Shown: positions 1 to 10,370, counted from the first letter of the stretch. The stretch: DNA of 64,000 nucleotides from an uncultured Sphingomonas sp. (GCF_913775315.1 NZ_CAJYIX010000002.1), one strand, 5' to 3'. The notes: a model not told the origin generated them from the sequence alone. A program made the numbers and translations.

Positions 1-857
1 AGGACGCAAAGACGATCGGCGTGGTGATCGTCCGCGACGGGCAGATGGTGAGCGAACGCTATGCCGAAGGCTGGGGGCCGTTCGTTGCCAACCGCACCTG
101 GTCGGTCGCCAAGAGCATCGCCGGTACGCTGATCGGCATGGCCGGGGTGGATCCCGCCAGGCCGGCAACGATCGCCGCGTGGCAGACGCCCGGCGACCCG
201 CGCCGCGCGATCACCCTCGACCAGCTCATGCGCATGGCGAGCGGCCTGCACAGCGACACCGCCGGCAACCGCACCGATGCACTCTATTTCGGCGGGACCG
301 CGGTCGAGGAACAGGCGACCGGCTGGCCGCTGGAGGCCGCGCCCGGCACCCGCTTCCGATACGCCAACAACGACATCCTGCTTGCGGTCCGTTCGGTCCG
401 CGAGGCGCAGGGGGAGCGCGCCTATCAGGCGCTGCCGCAGCGATTGTTCGCGGCGCTCGGCATGGCGCACACCGTCGCCGAGCAGGACTGGCGCGGCAAT
501 CACATTCTGTCGTCCCAGGTCTGGTCGACCGCGCGCGACCTCGCCCGGCTCGGCCAGTTCTGGCTCGACGACGGGGTGTGGCAGGGTCGGCGGCTGCTCC
601 CCGCCGGCTGGATGCAGCGAATGACGACGCCCGCCGGGCCGCAGCCGGCCAAGGGGCCGGGCTACGGCGCGACGCTGTGGCTGTTCGGGCCGGCGCAGGG
701 CCTGCCCGCGGGCAGCTACGCCGCGCAGGGCAATCGCGGGCAATATGTCATGGTGGTCCCCTCGGCCCGCCTCGTTGTCGTCCGCCGCGGCGAGGACGGG
801 ACGGGCAACACGTTCGACATTGCCGCCTTTACCAAGGCCGTGCTGGAGGCCCGGTGA
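1..857 (+). CDS. Serine hydrolase, beta-lactamase/AmpC-like family (5' truncated by window edge)
   Basis: SxxK motif (WSVAKS), YxN-like FRYANND; frame open to the left edge. Confidence 0.85.
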   Translation, partial: DAKTIGVVIVRDGQMVSERYAEGWGPFVANRTWSVAKSIAGTLIGMAGVDPARPATIAAWQTPGDPRRAITLDQLMRMASGLHSDTAGNRTDALYFGGTAVEEQATGWPLEAAPGTRFRYANNDILLAVRSVREAQGERAYQALPQRLFAALGMAHTVAEQDWRGNHILSSQVWSTARDLARLGQFWLDDGVWQGRRLLPAGWMQRMTTPAGPQPAKGPGYGATLWLFGPAQGLPAGSYAAQGNRGQYVMVVPSARLVVVRRGEDGTGNTFDIAAFTKAVLEAR

Positions 858-1198
858 TGGAGGATTGGGACGCCGTCGTCGCTTATGCCCTGACGCTCCC
901 CGGCGTCGTTATGGACAGCTACTACGGCTCGCCCGTCCCCAAGCACAACGGCAAGGCGCTGGTCGCGCCGGGGCGCGAGCCGGACAGCTTCGTGCTGATG
1001 ACCGGTGTCGAGGAAAAGGCGGTGCTGATCGACACCGACGCCGCCACCTTCTGGGAGACCGACCATTATCGCGGCTGGCCCGCCGTCCTCGTCCGCTTTA
1101 GCAGCGGCGAGCGCGAGCGGATCGAGGCGCTGATCGCGCGCCGCTGGTGGGATGTCGCCAAGCGCGCGGAGCGAGCGGACTTTGGCCCCCGCCCCTGA
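857..1198 (+). CDS. MmcQ/YjbR family protein
   Basis: MEDWDAVVAYALTLPGV...DHYRGWPAVLVRF; ATG overlaps upstream TGA (TGATG). Confidence 0.75.
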   Translation: MEDWDAVVAYALTLPGVVMDSYYGSPVPKHNGKALVAPGREPDSFVLMTGVEEKAVLIDTDAATFWETDHYRGWPAVLVRFSSGERERIEALIARRWWDVAKRAERADFGPRP

Positions 1199-2057
1199 CC
1201 GGTTCGGCCATTTCGTCGGCATCGACTGGTCGGGCGCGGCGGGCGAGCGGCAGCGCGGGATCGCGGTGGCGATCTGTGCGGCGGGCGATGCCGCGCCGAC
1301 GCTCGTCCGCCCCGGTCATATCTGGTCGCGGGCCGAGGTGCTGCACTGGCTGACGCACGACCTGCCCCATGATGCGATCGTCGGCCTCGACCTAGGCGCG
1401 TCGCTGCCCTTTGCCGACGAAGGCGCCTTCTTCCCCGGCTGGGCCGACAGCCCGCCCAACGCGCGCGCGCTCTGGGCGACGATCGAGCGAATCGCAGCCG
1501 CTGACCCGCATCTGTCGGCGGGCAGCTTCGTCGACCAGCCGGAGATCGCCCGCCATCTTCGCCGTCATGGCGGCCGCAAGGGCGAATATTTCACCGGCCG
1601 CGGCCGGCTGCGCGTGACGGAAGTGGCGCAGCGCGAGCAGGGTCTCAATCCCTATAGCAACCTGAACCTCGTCGGCCCGGCGCAGGTGGGCAAGTCGAGC
1701 CTGACGGGGATGCGCGTCCTCCATCGGCTGGCGGGACGGATCGCGATCTGGCCGTTCGATCCACTGCCGGCGACGGGGCCCGTCGCGCTGGAGATCTATA
1801 CCAGCCTCGCCGCCCTCGCCGCCGGCCGGCCGAAGGGCCGCGCCAAGATGCGCGACCACGCTGCACTCGACGAGGCGTTGAGGATGCTGGGCAGCGAACC
1901 GACCCACGGGCGCGGACCGATCGACGATCACCGCAGCGACGCGATCCTCTCCGCCGCGTGGCTCCGCCGCGACGCGCACCGGCCCGAGCTCTGGCAGCCG
2001 AGGGGCATGACGCCAAAAATCGCCGCGACCGAAGGCTGGACCTTCGGCATTGCCTGA
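1182..2057 (+). CDS. DUF429-like RNase H-fold hypothetical protein
   Basis: N-terminal FVGIDWSGA motif, later LEIYT and DAILSA; TTG start inferred. Confidence 0.55.
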   Translation: MAPAPDRFGHFVGIDWSGAAGERQRGIAVAICAAGDAAPTLVRPGHIWSRAEVLHWLTHDLPHDAIVGLDLGASLPFADEGAFFPGWADSPPNARALWATIERIAAADPHLSAGSFVDQPEIARHLRRHGGRKGEYFTGRGRLRVTEVAQREQGLNPYSNLNLVGPAQVGKSSLTGMRVLHRLAGRIAIWPFDPLPATGPVALEIYTSLAALAAGRPKGRAKMRDHAALDEALRMLGSEPTHGRGPIDDHRSDAILSAAWLRRDAHRPELWQPRGMTPKIAATEGWTFGIA

Positions 2058-2074
2058 CGCAAAGGAGGGTCAAC

Positions 2075-2150
<76 letters not shown>

Positions 2151-2339
2151 TCACCCTTATTGCTGGCCCTTGGCCTTGTCGGGATAGGCGTCGGGCGTGG
2201 TCGTGCCGACGACGGGCCGGTCCTCGACCTTTTCCTGCGGCCTTCCGCCCTCGGGCTTGCGATCGTCGGGCTGCGCTTTGTCGTCGGCCATGGCCATTCT
2301 CCTTGGCCGATCAACGCGTTGGGCGCCGCTAAGGGTCCT

Positions 2340-2981
2340 TCAGCCGATCGCCTCGAGCACCGCGGCACGCAGTTCGGCCAGTCCCATGCCCCGCTCGCTG
2401 GACGTCGAGAGGATGTCGGGATGCGCCGCCGGGCGCTTCCTCGCTTCCTCCTCGGTGCGGGCGCGCACGTCGGCGAGTTCGGTCGCCTTCACCTTGTCCG
2501 CCTTGGTCAGGACGATGCGATAGCTGACCGCGGCGTCGTCCAGCATCTTCAGGATGTCGCGATCGACCTCCTTGATCCCGTGGCGGCTGTCGATCAGCAC
2601 CAGCGCGCGCTTCAGCACCATCCGCCCGCGCAGATAGTCGTTCACGAGGTAGCGCCACTTGCGCACCATGTCCTTGGGTGCCTTGGCAAAGCCGTAGCCC
2701 GGCATGTCGACGAGGCGGAGCGCCAGCGGCTCGCCCACGTCGAAGAAATTGAGCTCCTGCGTCCGCCCCGGCGTGTTCGACGTGCGGGCGAGCGCGTTGC
2801 GGTTGGTAAGCGCATTGAGCAGCGACGACTTGCCGACGTTCGACCGGCCCGCGAACGCCACCTCGGGCACCTCGGCATCGGGCAGGAAGCGCAGCTCGGG
2901 CGCCGATTTCAGGAACGAAACTGGCCCTGCGAACAGTTTGCGCGCGTTTTCCGTCAGATCCTCGTCGAAGGTCGGGTTCAC
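2340..2981 (-). CDS. engB: Ribosome biogenesis GTPase YihA/YsxC
   Basis: [19 protein letters not shown] motifs; GTG start overlaps yidC stop. Confidence 0.95.
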   Translation of the reverse strand: MNPTFDEDLTENARKLFAGPVSFLKSAPELRFLPDAEVPEVAFAGRSNVGKSSLLNALTNRNALARTSNTPGRTQELNFFDVGEPLALRLVDMPGYGFAKAPKDMVRKWRYLVNDYLRGRMVLKRALVLIDSRHGIKEVDRDILKMLDDAAVSYRIVLTKADKVKATELADVRARTEEEARKRPAAHPDILSTSSERGMGLAELRAAVLEAIG

Positions 2982-4678
2982 TTTGCGGTCGCCACCTTCA
3001 TGCCCGGATGCTGGCGGTACAGCCACCATTGCTGCGCCATCGTCAGGCAGTTTGACGTGATCCAGTAGACCTGGAGCCCGACCGCGAACGGCGCCATCAC
3101 GAACATCAGCATCCACGGCATGATCGAGAAGACCTGCTTCTGCATCTCGTCCATCGGTGCGGGATTGAGCTTGAACTGCGCCCACATCGAGATGCCGAGC
3201 AGAATCGGGATCACGCCGATCGCGATGAAATGCGGCGGGGTGAAGGGGAGCAGGCCGAACAGGTTGACCGGCGTCAGCGGGTCGGGTGCCGACAGGTCGC
3301 GGATCCAGCCGACGAACGGCTGGTGCCGCATCTCGATCGTCAGGATCAACACCTTGTAGAGCGCGAACATGATCGGGATCTGAAGCAGCATCGGCAGGCA
3401 TCCGGCCAGCGGATTGACCTTTTCGGTCTTGTAGAGCTGCATCATCTCCTGCTGCAGGCGCGGCTTGTCATCCTTGTACTTCTCCTGCAGCGCCTTCATC
3501 TTGGGCTGTAGCGCGCGCATCCCCGCCATCGACGCGAACTGCTTCTGCGCGATCGGGAACAGGAGCAGGCGGATCGTCAGCGTCAGCAGCATGATCGCCA
3601 CGCCGAAATTACCAATCAGTTTGAACAGCCAGTCGAGATAGTAGAAGATCGGCTTCTCGACGATCTTGAACCAGCCCCAGTAGATCGCGTTGTCGAAATT
3701 GCGGATGCCGAGGTCGGCGGCATAGCCGTCAAGGACCTTCACTTCCTTGGCGCCGGCGAACAGACGGACGGTCTGCGTCACCGCCTTGCCCGGCTGGACC
3801 ACGGTCGGGTTCTGCGCCAGCGCCTCCGCGCCGAAGCGGCCCGCGGCGCTCTTGCGGATCGTCAGGTCGACGGGCGCGCGCTGGTCGGGAATGATCGCGG
3901 TCAGCCAGTAATGGTCGGTAAAGCCCGCCCAGCCCTTGGTCGTCTGGAAGCGGCTGCCCGCGGGCGTCACCTCATCCCACTTCAGGTTGGTCTCGTCATT
4001 GTCGACGACGGCGATCGGGCCGATGCGCGCGGTCCACTGGTCAGGATCGGGCGATTTGTCGGCGCGCTGGACATAGGTATAGGGGCGCACCGCGACCGCC
4101 GCGGCGCCGACGTTCGCCACCGTCTGCTCGGCGGTGAACATGTAGTTCTCGTCGACCGACAGCTTGATCTGGAAGCGCTGGCCGGCGGCGTTGGCGGTCT
4201 GGAGCGTCACCGGGCGGCCGACGCCAAGCACGTCGCCGCTGGCGGTCCAGACGGTGTTCGCATCGGGTGCGCCCGCGCCCTGCCAGCCAAAGCCGCCGAA
4301 ATAGGCGCCGGCCGCGCCCGCGGGCGAGAGCAGGTGGATCGGCGGCGAGTTCTTCGCCACCGTCTCGTCGTACCGCTTGAGCACCAGGTCGTCGAGGCGC
4401 GCGCCCTTGAGGTTGATCGAGCCCGACAGCGCGGGCGTGTCGATCCGCACGCGCGGCGTCTCGGCCAGCACGACGCGGCGATCGCGCAGCGCGCCGGCGG
4501 TATCGGCGGTCGGATCGGCGCCGGGGTTCGGCACGACCTTGGTCTTGCCGCCCTCGATCTTCGTCACCGGCGGGTTGGCGGCGGGAAAGACGTATCGCGA
4601 GATCACCGGCCAGCCGAACAGGATCAGCGCCGCGAGCACCGCGAACAGGACGAAATTCTTGCTGTCTTCCTTCACCAA
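2978..4678 (-). CDS. yidC: Membrane protein insertase YidC
   Basis: [31 protein letters not shown]; operon context. Confidence 0.97.
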   Translation of the reverse strand: MVKEDSKNFVLFAVLAALILFGWPVISRYVFPAANPPVTKIEGGKTKVVPNPGADPTADTAGALRDRRVVLAETPRVRIDTPALSGSINLKGARLDDLVLKRYDETVAKNSPPIHLLSPAGAAGAYFGGFGWQGAGAPDANTVWTASGDVLGVGRPVTLQTANAAGQRFQIKLSVDENYMFTAEQTVANVGAAAVAVRPYTYVQRADKSPDPDQWTARIGPIAVVDNDETNLKWDEVTPAGSRFQTTKGWAGFTDHYWLTAIIPDQRAPVDLTIRKSAAGRFGAEALAQNPTVVQPGKAVTQTVRLFAGAKEVKVLDGYAADLGIRNFDNAIYWGWFKIVEKPIFYYLDWLFKLIGNFGVAIMLLTLTIRLLLFPIAQKQFASMAGMRALQPKMKALQEKYKDDKPRLQQEMMQLYKTEKVNPLAGCLPMLLQIPIMFALYKVLILTIEMRHQPFVGWIRDLSAPDPLTPVNLFGLLPFTPPHFIAIGVIPILLGISMWAQFKLNPAPMDEMQKQVFSIMPWMLMFVMAPFAVGLQVYWITSNCLTMAQQWWLYRQHPGMKVATAK

Positions 4679-4720
4679 CCGACTTCTCCGTCTGGGTTGG
4701 CCGCCGCCTCGTCCCGTGCC

Positions 4721-4933
4721 TCAGGGCACCGGATCATGGCCGCAACCGCCCCATGGATGACAACGGGCGATGCGCTTGAGCGCAAGCCAGCCGCCTTTGA
4801 GCGCGCCATAGCGGGCAAGCGCCGTGATTGCATAGGCCGAACAGGAGGGCGCGTATCGGCACGACGGCGGCAGGATGCGCGACGGGCCAACCTGCCACGC
4901 GCGCGCGACGAGAATCAGCGCCCGCGCGATCAA
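4721..4933 (-). CDS. yidD: Membrane protein insertion efficiency factor
   Basis: [11 protein letters not shown]...[14 protein letters not shown]. Confidence 0.95.
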   Translation of the reverse strand: MIARALILVARAWQVGPSRILPPSCRYAPSCSAYAITALARYGALKGGWLALKRIARCHPWGGCGHDPVP

Positions 4934-5397
4934 GGGCGCGAGACCTTTCGCAGCGCCTTTTCGAGTTCGCGGACGAGGTCGGCATGCGGCCGCTCGATCC
5001 CGCCCGCCCGGCCGATCAGCACATGATCGTGCCCGGCCAGCCCGTGCGCGGGCAGCACCTGACGCGCCAATGCGCGAAAACGCCGCTTCATCCGGTTGCG
5101 GATGACGGCGTTTCCGACTTTCTTCGACACGGTGATGCCGATTCGCATGGCGTCGTCGCCATCGCGGCGATCGCGCGCCTGCAGGACGAATCCCGGCATG
5201 GCCGCGCGCTTGCCGCCGTTCGCCGCGAGATAGTCGCGGCGCTCGGTCAGTCGAATCAGGCGCTCAGCTTCTTGCGACCGCGGGCACGACGCGCGCGGAT
5301 CACCTTGCGGCCCGCCGCCGTCGCCATCCGCGCGAAGAAGCCGTGCCGGCGCGCACGCACCAGATTGCTCGGCTGAAAAGTCCGCTTCATCGCTCAT
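4930..5397 (-). CDS. rnpA: Ribonuclease P protein; start either ATG 5397 (overlapping all of rpmH) or CTG 5259
   Basis: [27 protein letters not shown] motif; no ATG/GTG/TTG in frame at the usual start position. Confidence 0.93.
   Translation of the reverse strand: MSDEADFSAEQSGACAPARLLRADGDGGGPQGDPRASCPRSQEAERLIRLTERRDYLAANGGKRAAMPGFVLQARDRRDGDDAMRIGITVSKKVGNAVIRNRMKRRFRALARQVLPAHGLAGHDHVLIGRAGGIERPHADLVRELEKALRKVSRP
5256..5390 (-). CDS. rpmH: 50S ribosomal protein L34 (44 aa, not in ORF track)
   Basis: Translated by hand: [44 protein letters not shown]. Confidence 0.98.
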   Translation of the reverse strand: MKRTFQPSNLVRARRHGFFARMATAAGRKVIRARRARGRKKLSA

Positions 5398-5411
5398 TCC
5401 CTGGCATAACG

Positions 5412-5435
5412 AAAAAGGGCCGCCCGAAGACGGCC
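5412..5435 (-). other. UUCG-tetraloop hairpin plus U-tract in rpmH leader
   Basis: Minus strand GGCCGTC-TTCG-GGCGGCC-C-TTTTT. Confidence 0.6.
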
Positions 5436-5449
5436 GTCACAAGCCCGCG

Positions 5450-5478
5450 CCCTTACGCATGGGGAAGCCGCGAGTCAA
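5450..5478 (-). promoter_or_regulatory. Putative sigma70 promoter of rpmH operon
   Basis: Minus strand TTGACT-N17-TAAGGG. Confidence 0.6.
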
Positions 5479-5554
5479 TCGCGCGATGCCCCGTTCCAAT
5501 CGCTGCGCGGCCCGTTAAGCCTGTAACCGACGGGCAAAATGGGGGGAAGCGGCA

Positions 5555-7063
5555 TTGGTCGCGATCGTATCGACGGTAGCGTATCTGGGGCTGGAGGCCC
5601 GCGGGGTCGAGGTGCAGTGCAACCTCGTCGCGGGCGTCCCCGCCTTCGTCATGGTGGGCCTTGCCGACAAGGCGGTGGGCGAAAGTCGGGAGCGGGTGCG
5701 GGGCGCGGTCGCCGCGATCGGCCTTGCGCTTCCCCCCAAGCGGATCACCGTCAACCTGTCGCCCGCCGACCTGCCCAAGGAAGGCTCTCACTACGACCTG
5801 CCCGTCGCGCTGGCGCTGCTGGGCGCGATGGGCGTCGTCGATGTCGAGACGCTGGCCGATTACGTCGTCGTCGGCGAACTCGGCCTCGACGGGCGAATCG
5901 CCCCCTCGCCCGGCGTGCTGCTCGCGGCGATGCACGCCAGCGCCATCGGCAAAGGCCTGATCTGTCCGGCCGCACAGGGGCCTGAAGCGGCATGGGCGGG
6001 CGGGATCGAGGTGATTGCCGCCGACGACCTCATCGGCCTCATCAACCATCTGAAGGGCTCCGCGCTCCTCGCCACACCCGCGCCGGGTGAGGTCGAGGAG
6101 AGCGTGCATGGCCCCGACCTTCGCCAGGTGAAGGGACAGGAAACCGCCAAGCGCGCGCTGGAGATCGCGGCGGCGGGCGGCCACAACCTCCTGTTCGTCG
6201 GGCCGCCGGGCGCGGGCAAGTCGCTGATGGCCGCCTGCCTGCCCGGCATCCTGCCACCATTGGGCGCGGCGGAGGCGCTTGAGGTGTCGATGGTGCAGTC
6301 GGTCGCGGGCACGCTGTCCGGCGGACGCCTGACGCGCACGCGGCCGTTCCGCTCGCCGCACCACTCCGCCTCGATGGCCGCGCTCACTGGCGGCGGGCTT
6401 CGCGTGAAGCCGGGCGAGGTCAGCCTCGCGCATCTGGGCGTCCTGTTCCTCGACGAACTACCCGAATTCCAGCGCGCGGTTCTCGATTCGCTGCGCCAGC
6501 CGCTGGAGAGCGGCGTGGTCAGCGTCGCACGTGCCAATGCGCACGTCACTTTCCCGGCGCGCGTCCAGCTGGTCGCCGCAATGAACCCTTGCCGCTGCGG
6601 GCACCTCGGCGATCCGGCGCTCGCCTGCGCCCGCGCGCCCAAGTGCGCGGCGGACTATCAGGCCAAGGTTTCGGGCCCGCTGCTCGACCGCATCGACCTG
6701 CATGTCGAAGTGTCGCCCGTGACCGCCGCCGACCTCGTCCTGCCTCCCCCTGCCGAGGGATCGGCGGAGGTCGCGGCGCGCGTCTCGGCGGCCCGCACAA
6801 TCCAGACCGACCGATACGACGGCCACCCCGCGCGCACCAATTCTGAGGCGGAGGGTGCGCTGCTCGACGCTCACTCGACGCCGGACGAGGCGGGGCGGGC
6901 GCTACTGGCTCAGGCGGCGGAAGCGACGCGGATGTCGGCGCGCGGCTATACCCGCGTGCTGCGCGTCGCGCGGACGATCGCCGATCTTGGCGGGGCGGAG
7001 CGGGTCGGGCGGCTGCACGTGGCCGAGGCGCTTTCCTATCGCCGCACGGCGCCGCGCGCCTGA
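5555..7063 (+). CDS. comM: YifB/ComM family Mg-chelatase-like AAA+ ATPase
   Basis: LPKEGSHYDLP, GPPGAGKS, FLDELPEF, SGPLLDRID. Confidence 0.93.
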   Translation: MVAIVSTVAYLGLEARGVEVQCNLVAGVPAFVMVGLADKAVGESRERVRGAVAAIGLALPPKRITVNLSPADLPKEGSHYDLPVALALLGAMGVVDVETLADYVVVGELGLDGRIAPSPGVLLAAMHASAIGKGLICPAAQGPEAAWAGGIEVIAADDLIGLINHLKGSALLATPAPGEVEESVHGPDLRQVKGQETAKRALEIAAAGGHNLLFVGPPGAGKSLMAACLPGILPPLGAAEALEVSMVQSVAGTLSGGRLTRTRPFRSPHHSASMAALTGGGLRVKPGEVSLAHLGVLFLDELPEFQRAVLDSLRQPLESGVVSVARANAHVTFPARVQLVAAMNPCRCGHLGDPALACARAPKCAADYQAKVSGPLLDRIDLHVEVSPVTAADLVLPPPAEGSAEVAARVSAARTIQTDRYDGHPARTNSEAEGALLDAHSTPDEAGRALLAQAAEATRMSARGYTRVLRVARTIADLGGAERVGRLHVAEALSYRRTAPRA

Positions 7064-7070
7064 CGCTGCG

Positions 7071-7514
7071 TCAGCCCTTCAATGCCATCTGCCCGCTCGC
7101 CAGCGCGGCGGGATATAGAAGGTCGTCTTCCTCGCGGATGCGCGCATGGAGCCGATCGATCAGCGCAGCCGATTCGGCGGCGAAGCCGTCGCGGTCGGCG
7201 GCGATGCGCGCGGTCGGCCAGTCGCTGATCAGCGCGATCCAGTCGGTCGCCAGCGTTTCGTAGCGGACGCGCGCTTCCTGCGCACTGATCCGCACGCCGC
7301 CGTCGCGCGCCGCCATCAGCCGGGGGTGGATCTCCCGATCCTCGTTGGCGAGATGTTCGATCAGCGCATCGGCCAGCTCGTCGAGCGCCTCTCGCACCGC
7401 TGCCGCCTCACCGCGCGCGTTCGCGGTCGTCAGCCGTGCCGCACGGCTCGCGATCTCGGCATGTTCGCCGATCAGCCGCGCATAGGACGCGATCGGGGGC
7501 AGCAACGAGGACAT
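7071..7514 (-). CDS. Hemerythrin/HHE cation-binding domain protein
   Basis: EH...HLANEDREIHP...HARIREEDDLLYP pattern. Confidence 0.7.
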   Translation of the reverse strand: MSSLLPPIASYARLIGEHAEIASRAARLTTANARGEAAAVREALDELADALIEHLANEDREIHPRLMAARDGGVRISAQEARVRYETLATDWIALISDWPTARIAADRDGFAAESAALIDRLHARIREEDDLLYPAALASGQMALKG

Positions 7515-7638
7515 CGGTACGCTTATGCACCGATCCCGGTTAACGATGCGTGTGGGCAGCCACCGCTCTCGACGGGTTGACGCCGGCCCGGACGGCTCCC
7601 CATCCTCGCGCGTACACGTAAGGGACCCGTTCGCCTCC

Positions 7639-10194
7639 ATGCAGCTCGTCATCGTCGAATCGCCCGCCAAGGCGAAAACCATCGAGAAATATCTGGGCGG
7701 CGATTACCGCGTCCTCGCCTCCTACGGCCATGTCCGCGACCTGCCGCCCAAGGACGGGTCGGTGAATCCCGACGACGGCTTCGCGATGGAGTGGGAGACG
7801 TACGCCGACAAGGCGAAGCAGCTAAAGGCGATCACCGACGAGGCCAAGAAGGCCGACCGCCTGATCCTCGCCACCGACCCCGATCGCGAGGGAGAGGCGA
7901 TCAGCTGGCACGTGCAGGAGGTGCTCGCCAAGAAAAAGGCGCTGCCGAAGGAGGTCGAGCGCGTCACCTTCAACGCGATCACCAAGCCCGCGATCCTAGC
8001 GGCGATGAAGGCCCCGCGCGAGCTCGATACCGACCTCATCGACGCATACCGGGCGCGCCGCGCGCTCGATTACCTCGTGGGGTTCACGCTGTCGCCGGTC
8101 CTGTGGCGCAAGCTGCCCGGCGCCAAGTCGGCGGGCCGCGTCCAGTCGGTGGCGCTGCGCCTGATCGTCGAGCGCGAGCGCGAGATCGAAGGGTTCACGC
8201 CGCAGGAATACTGGTCCGTTCTGGCCGAGATGGAGGCCGACGGCACCCGCTTCACCGCCCGCCTCGCCCGCTTCGACGGCAACAAGCTCGACCGCCTGTC
8301 GATCGGCGACGAGGGCACAGCGATGCGTGCCAAGGCGGCGGTCGAGGAAGGCCGCTTCACCGTGACCGCGGTCGAGACCAAGCCCGCGACCCGCAACCCG
8401 CCGCCGCCCTTCACGACGTCGACCTTGCAGCAGGAGGCGGCGCGGAAACTCGGCTTCTCTGCCAGCCACACGATGCGGATCGCGCAGAACCTCTACGAGG
8501 ATGGCGCGATCACCTATATGCGGACCGACGGCGTGCAGATGGACGGCTCCGCCATCCAGGCGGCGCGTGCGGCGATCGCGAACCGCTATGACGCCGGCTA
8601 CGTCCCCGACAAGCCGCGCCAGTACCAGACCAAGGCCAAGAACGCGCAGGAAGCGCATGAGGCGATCCGCCCGACCGATTTCGGCCGGGACCGCGCGGGG
8701 TCGGGCGATCATGCCCGCCTCTACGACCTCATCTGGAAGCGCGCGCTTGCCAGCCAGATGGCATCCGCGCGGATGGAACGCACCGCGGTCGAGATGGAGG
8801 ACGGCACCGGCCGCCACATGCTGCGCGCCACCGGCCAGGTGGTGCTCTTCCCCGGCTATCTCGCGCTCTATGAAGAGGGCCGCGACGACGAGGGCGACGA
8901 GGATTCGCGCCGCCTGCCGCTGATGCGCACCGGCGATGCGCCCGCGAAGCACGGCGTCAATGCCGAGCAGCATTTTACCCAGCCGCCGCCGCGCTTCTCC
9001 GAGGCCTCGCTGGTCAAGCGGCTGGAGGAACTCGGCATCGGTCGCCCGTCGACCTACGCCTCGATCATTCAGGTGCTGAAGGACCGCGCGTACGTCCGCG
9101 TCGAGAAGAACCGTTTCTTCGCCGAGGAGAGCGGCCGGCTGCTGACCGCGTTCCTCGAGCGGTTCTTCGAGAAGTACGTCAGCTACGACTTCACCGCCGG
9201 GCTGGAGGAGGAGCTTGACGACGTGTCTGGCGGGCGCGCCGAATGGCAGTCGGTGCTCGCCGATTTCTGGCGCGACTTCCGCCCGCGCACCGACGAGGTG
9301 ATGGAACAGAAGCCAAGCGACATCACCGTCGAGCTCGACAAGTTCCTCGAGCCCTATCTCTTCCCCAAGCAGGCGGATGGGTCCGATCCGCGCCTCTGCC
9401 CCAACTGTGGCAACGGGCGCCTCGCGCTGCGCGGCGGGCGATTCGGCGCGTTCGTCGCCTGCTCCAACTATCCCGAGTGCAAATATACCCGCCGCTTCGC
9501 GCAGCCGGGCGGCGAGGCCGGCGAGGACACCGGGCCGGAAACGCTAGGCAACGACCCCGAGACGGGCCTGCCGGTCGAGCGCAAGTCGGGTCGCTTCGGC
9601 CCCTATATCCAGCTCGGCGAGGGCAAGGAGGCCAAGCGCGCGTCGATCCCCAAGGACGTGCCCGAGCTCGACCTCGAATGGGCTGTGAAGCTGCTCAGCC
9701 TGCCGCGCACCATCGGCACGCATCCGGAAAGCGGCGAGCCGATCACCGCGTCGATCGGGCGCTACGGCCCGTACCTCGCCCATGCGGGCAAGTACGCGCG
9801 CCTGACCTCGACCGCCGAGGTGTTCGAGACGGGCATGAACGCCGCCGTCGTCAAGCTGGCCGAAGCGGCGGCGGGCGGCGGACGCCCCGCGCGCGGCGCG
9901 GCGCAGGCGCCGCTCAAGGTGCTGGGCACGCATCCCACCAGCGGCGGCGAGGTGAAGCTGATGGAGGGTCGCTACGGCCCCTACGTCACCGACGGAACCA
10001 CCAACGCGACGCTGCCGAAGACCGCCGACAAGGACGCGCTGACGCTGGAGGAAGCGACCGCGCTAATCGACGCCCGCGCCGCCGCGGCCCCGGCCAAGAA
10101 GGGCGCGAAGAAGAAGGCACCGGCGAAGAAGGCGGCGGCGAAAGCGCCTGCCAAGAAGGCGGCGGCAAAAAAACCGGTGGCGAAGAAAGCCTGA
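7639..10194 (+). CDS. topA: DNA topoisomerase I with Lys/Ala/Pro-rich C-terminal tail
   Basis: LVIVESPAKAK, DPDREGEAI, ITYMRTD, SAGRVQS. Confidence 0.98.
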   Translation: MQLVIVESPAKAKTIEKYLGGDYRVLASYGHVRDLPPKDGSVNPDDGFAMEWETYADKAKQLKAITDEAKKADRLILATDPDREGEAISWHVQEVLAKKKALPKEVERVTFNAITKPAILAAMKAPRELDTDLIDAYRARRALDYLVGFTLSPVLWRKLPGAKSAGRVQSVALRLIVEREREIEGFTPQEYWSVLAEMEADGTRFTARLARFDGNKLDRLSIGDEGTAMRAKAAVEEGRFTVTAVETKPATRNPPPPFTTSTLQQEAARKLGFSASHTMRIAQNLYEDGAITYMRTDGVQMDGSAIQAARAAIANRYDAGYVPDKPRQYQTKAKNAQEAHEAIRPTDFGRDRAGSGDHARLYDLIWKRALASQMASARMERTAVEMEDGTGRHMLRATGQVVLFPGYLALYEEGRDDEGDEDSRRLPLMRTGDAPAKHGVNAEQHFTQPPPRFSEASLVKRLEELGIGRPSTYASIIQVLKDRAYVRVEKNRFFAEESGRLLTAFLERFFEKYVSYDFTAGLEEELDDVSGGRAEWQSVLADFWRDFRPRTDEVMEQKPSDITVELDKFLEPYLFPKQADGSDPRLCPNCGNGRLALRGGRFGAFVACSNYPECKYTRRFAQPGGEAGEDTGPETLGNDPETGLPVERKSGRFGPYIQLGEGKEAKRASIPKDVPELDLEWAVKLLSLPRTIGTHPESGEPITASIGRYGPYLAHAGKYARLTSTAEVFETGMNAAVVKLAEAAAGGGRPARGAAQAPLKVLGTHPTSGGEVKLMEGRYGPYVTDGTTNATLPKTADKDALTLEEATALIDARAAAAPAKKGAKKKAPAKKAAAKAPAKKAAAKKPVAKKA

Positions 10195-10205
10195 TCCTCA
10201 CTACC

Positions 10206-10238
10206 GTCACCCCGGACCCGATCCGGGGCTGGGGTGAC
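10206..10238. repeat. REP-like palindrome (GTCACCCCGGA family)
   Basis: GTCACCCCGGA-CCCGA-TCCGGGG plus GGGGTGAC; near-identical copy at 22573. Confidence 0.7.
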
Positions 10239-10370
10239 CGTGGAGAGAGGACGTCGCTCCCCCTCCAGCCGTACGCCGGCGAAGGGCTGGGTACGACCGC
10301 GCAGGGATCCGGCACTCGCCCCGCCCCGCCCCTATTCGCTTTGTTAAGCATGCCGCGCTAGGCCAGCCGC

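Noticed and set aside
5398-5554. Replication origin next to rpmH
   Set aside because: No dnaA, no DnaA-box cluster or AT-rich unwinding element; the divergent gene is comM
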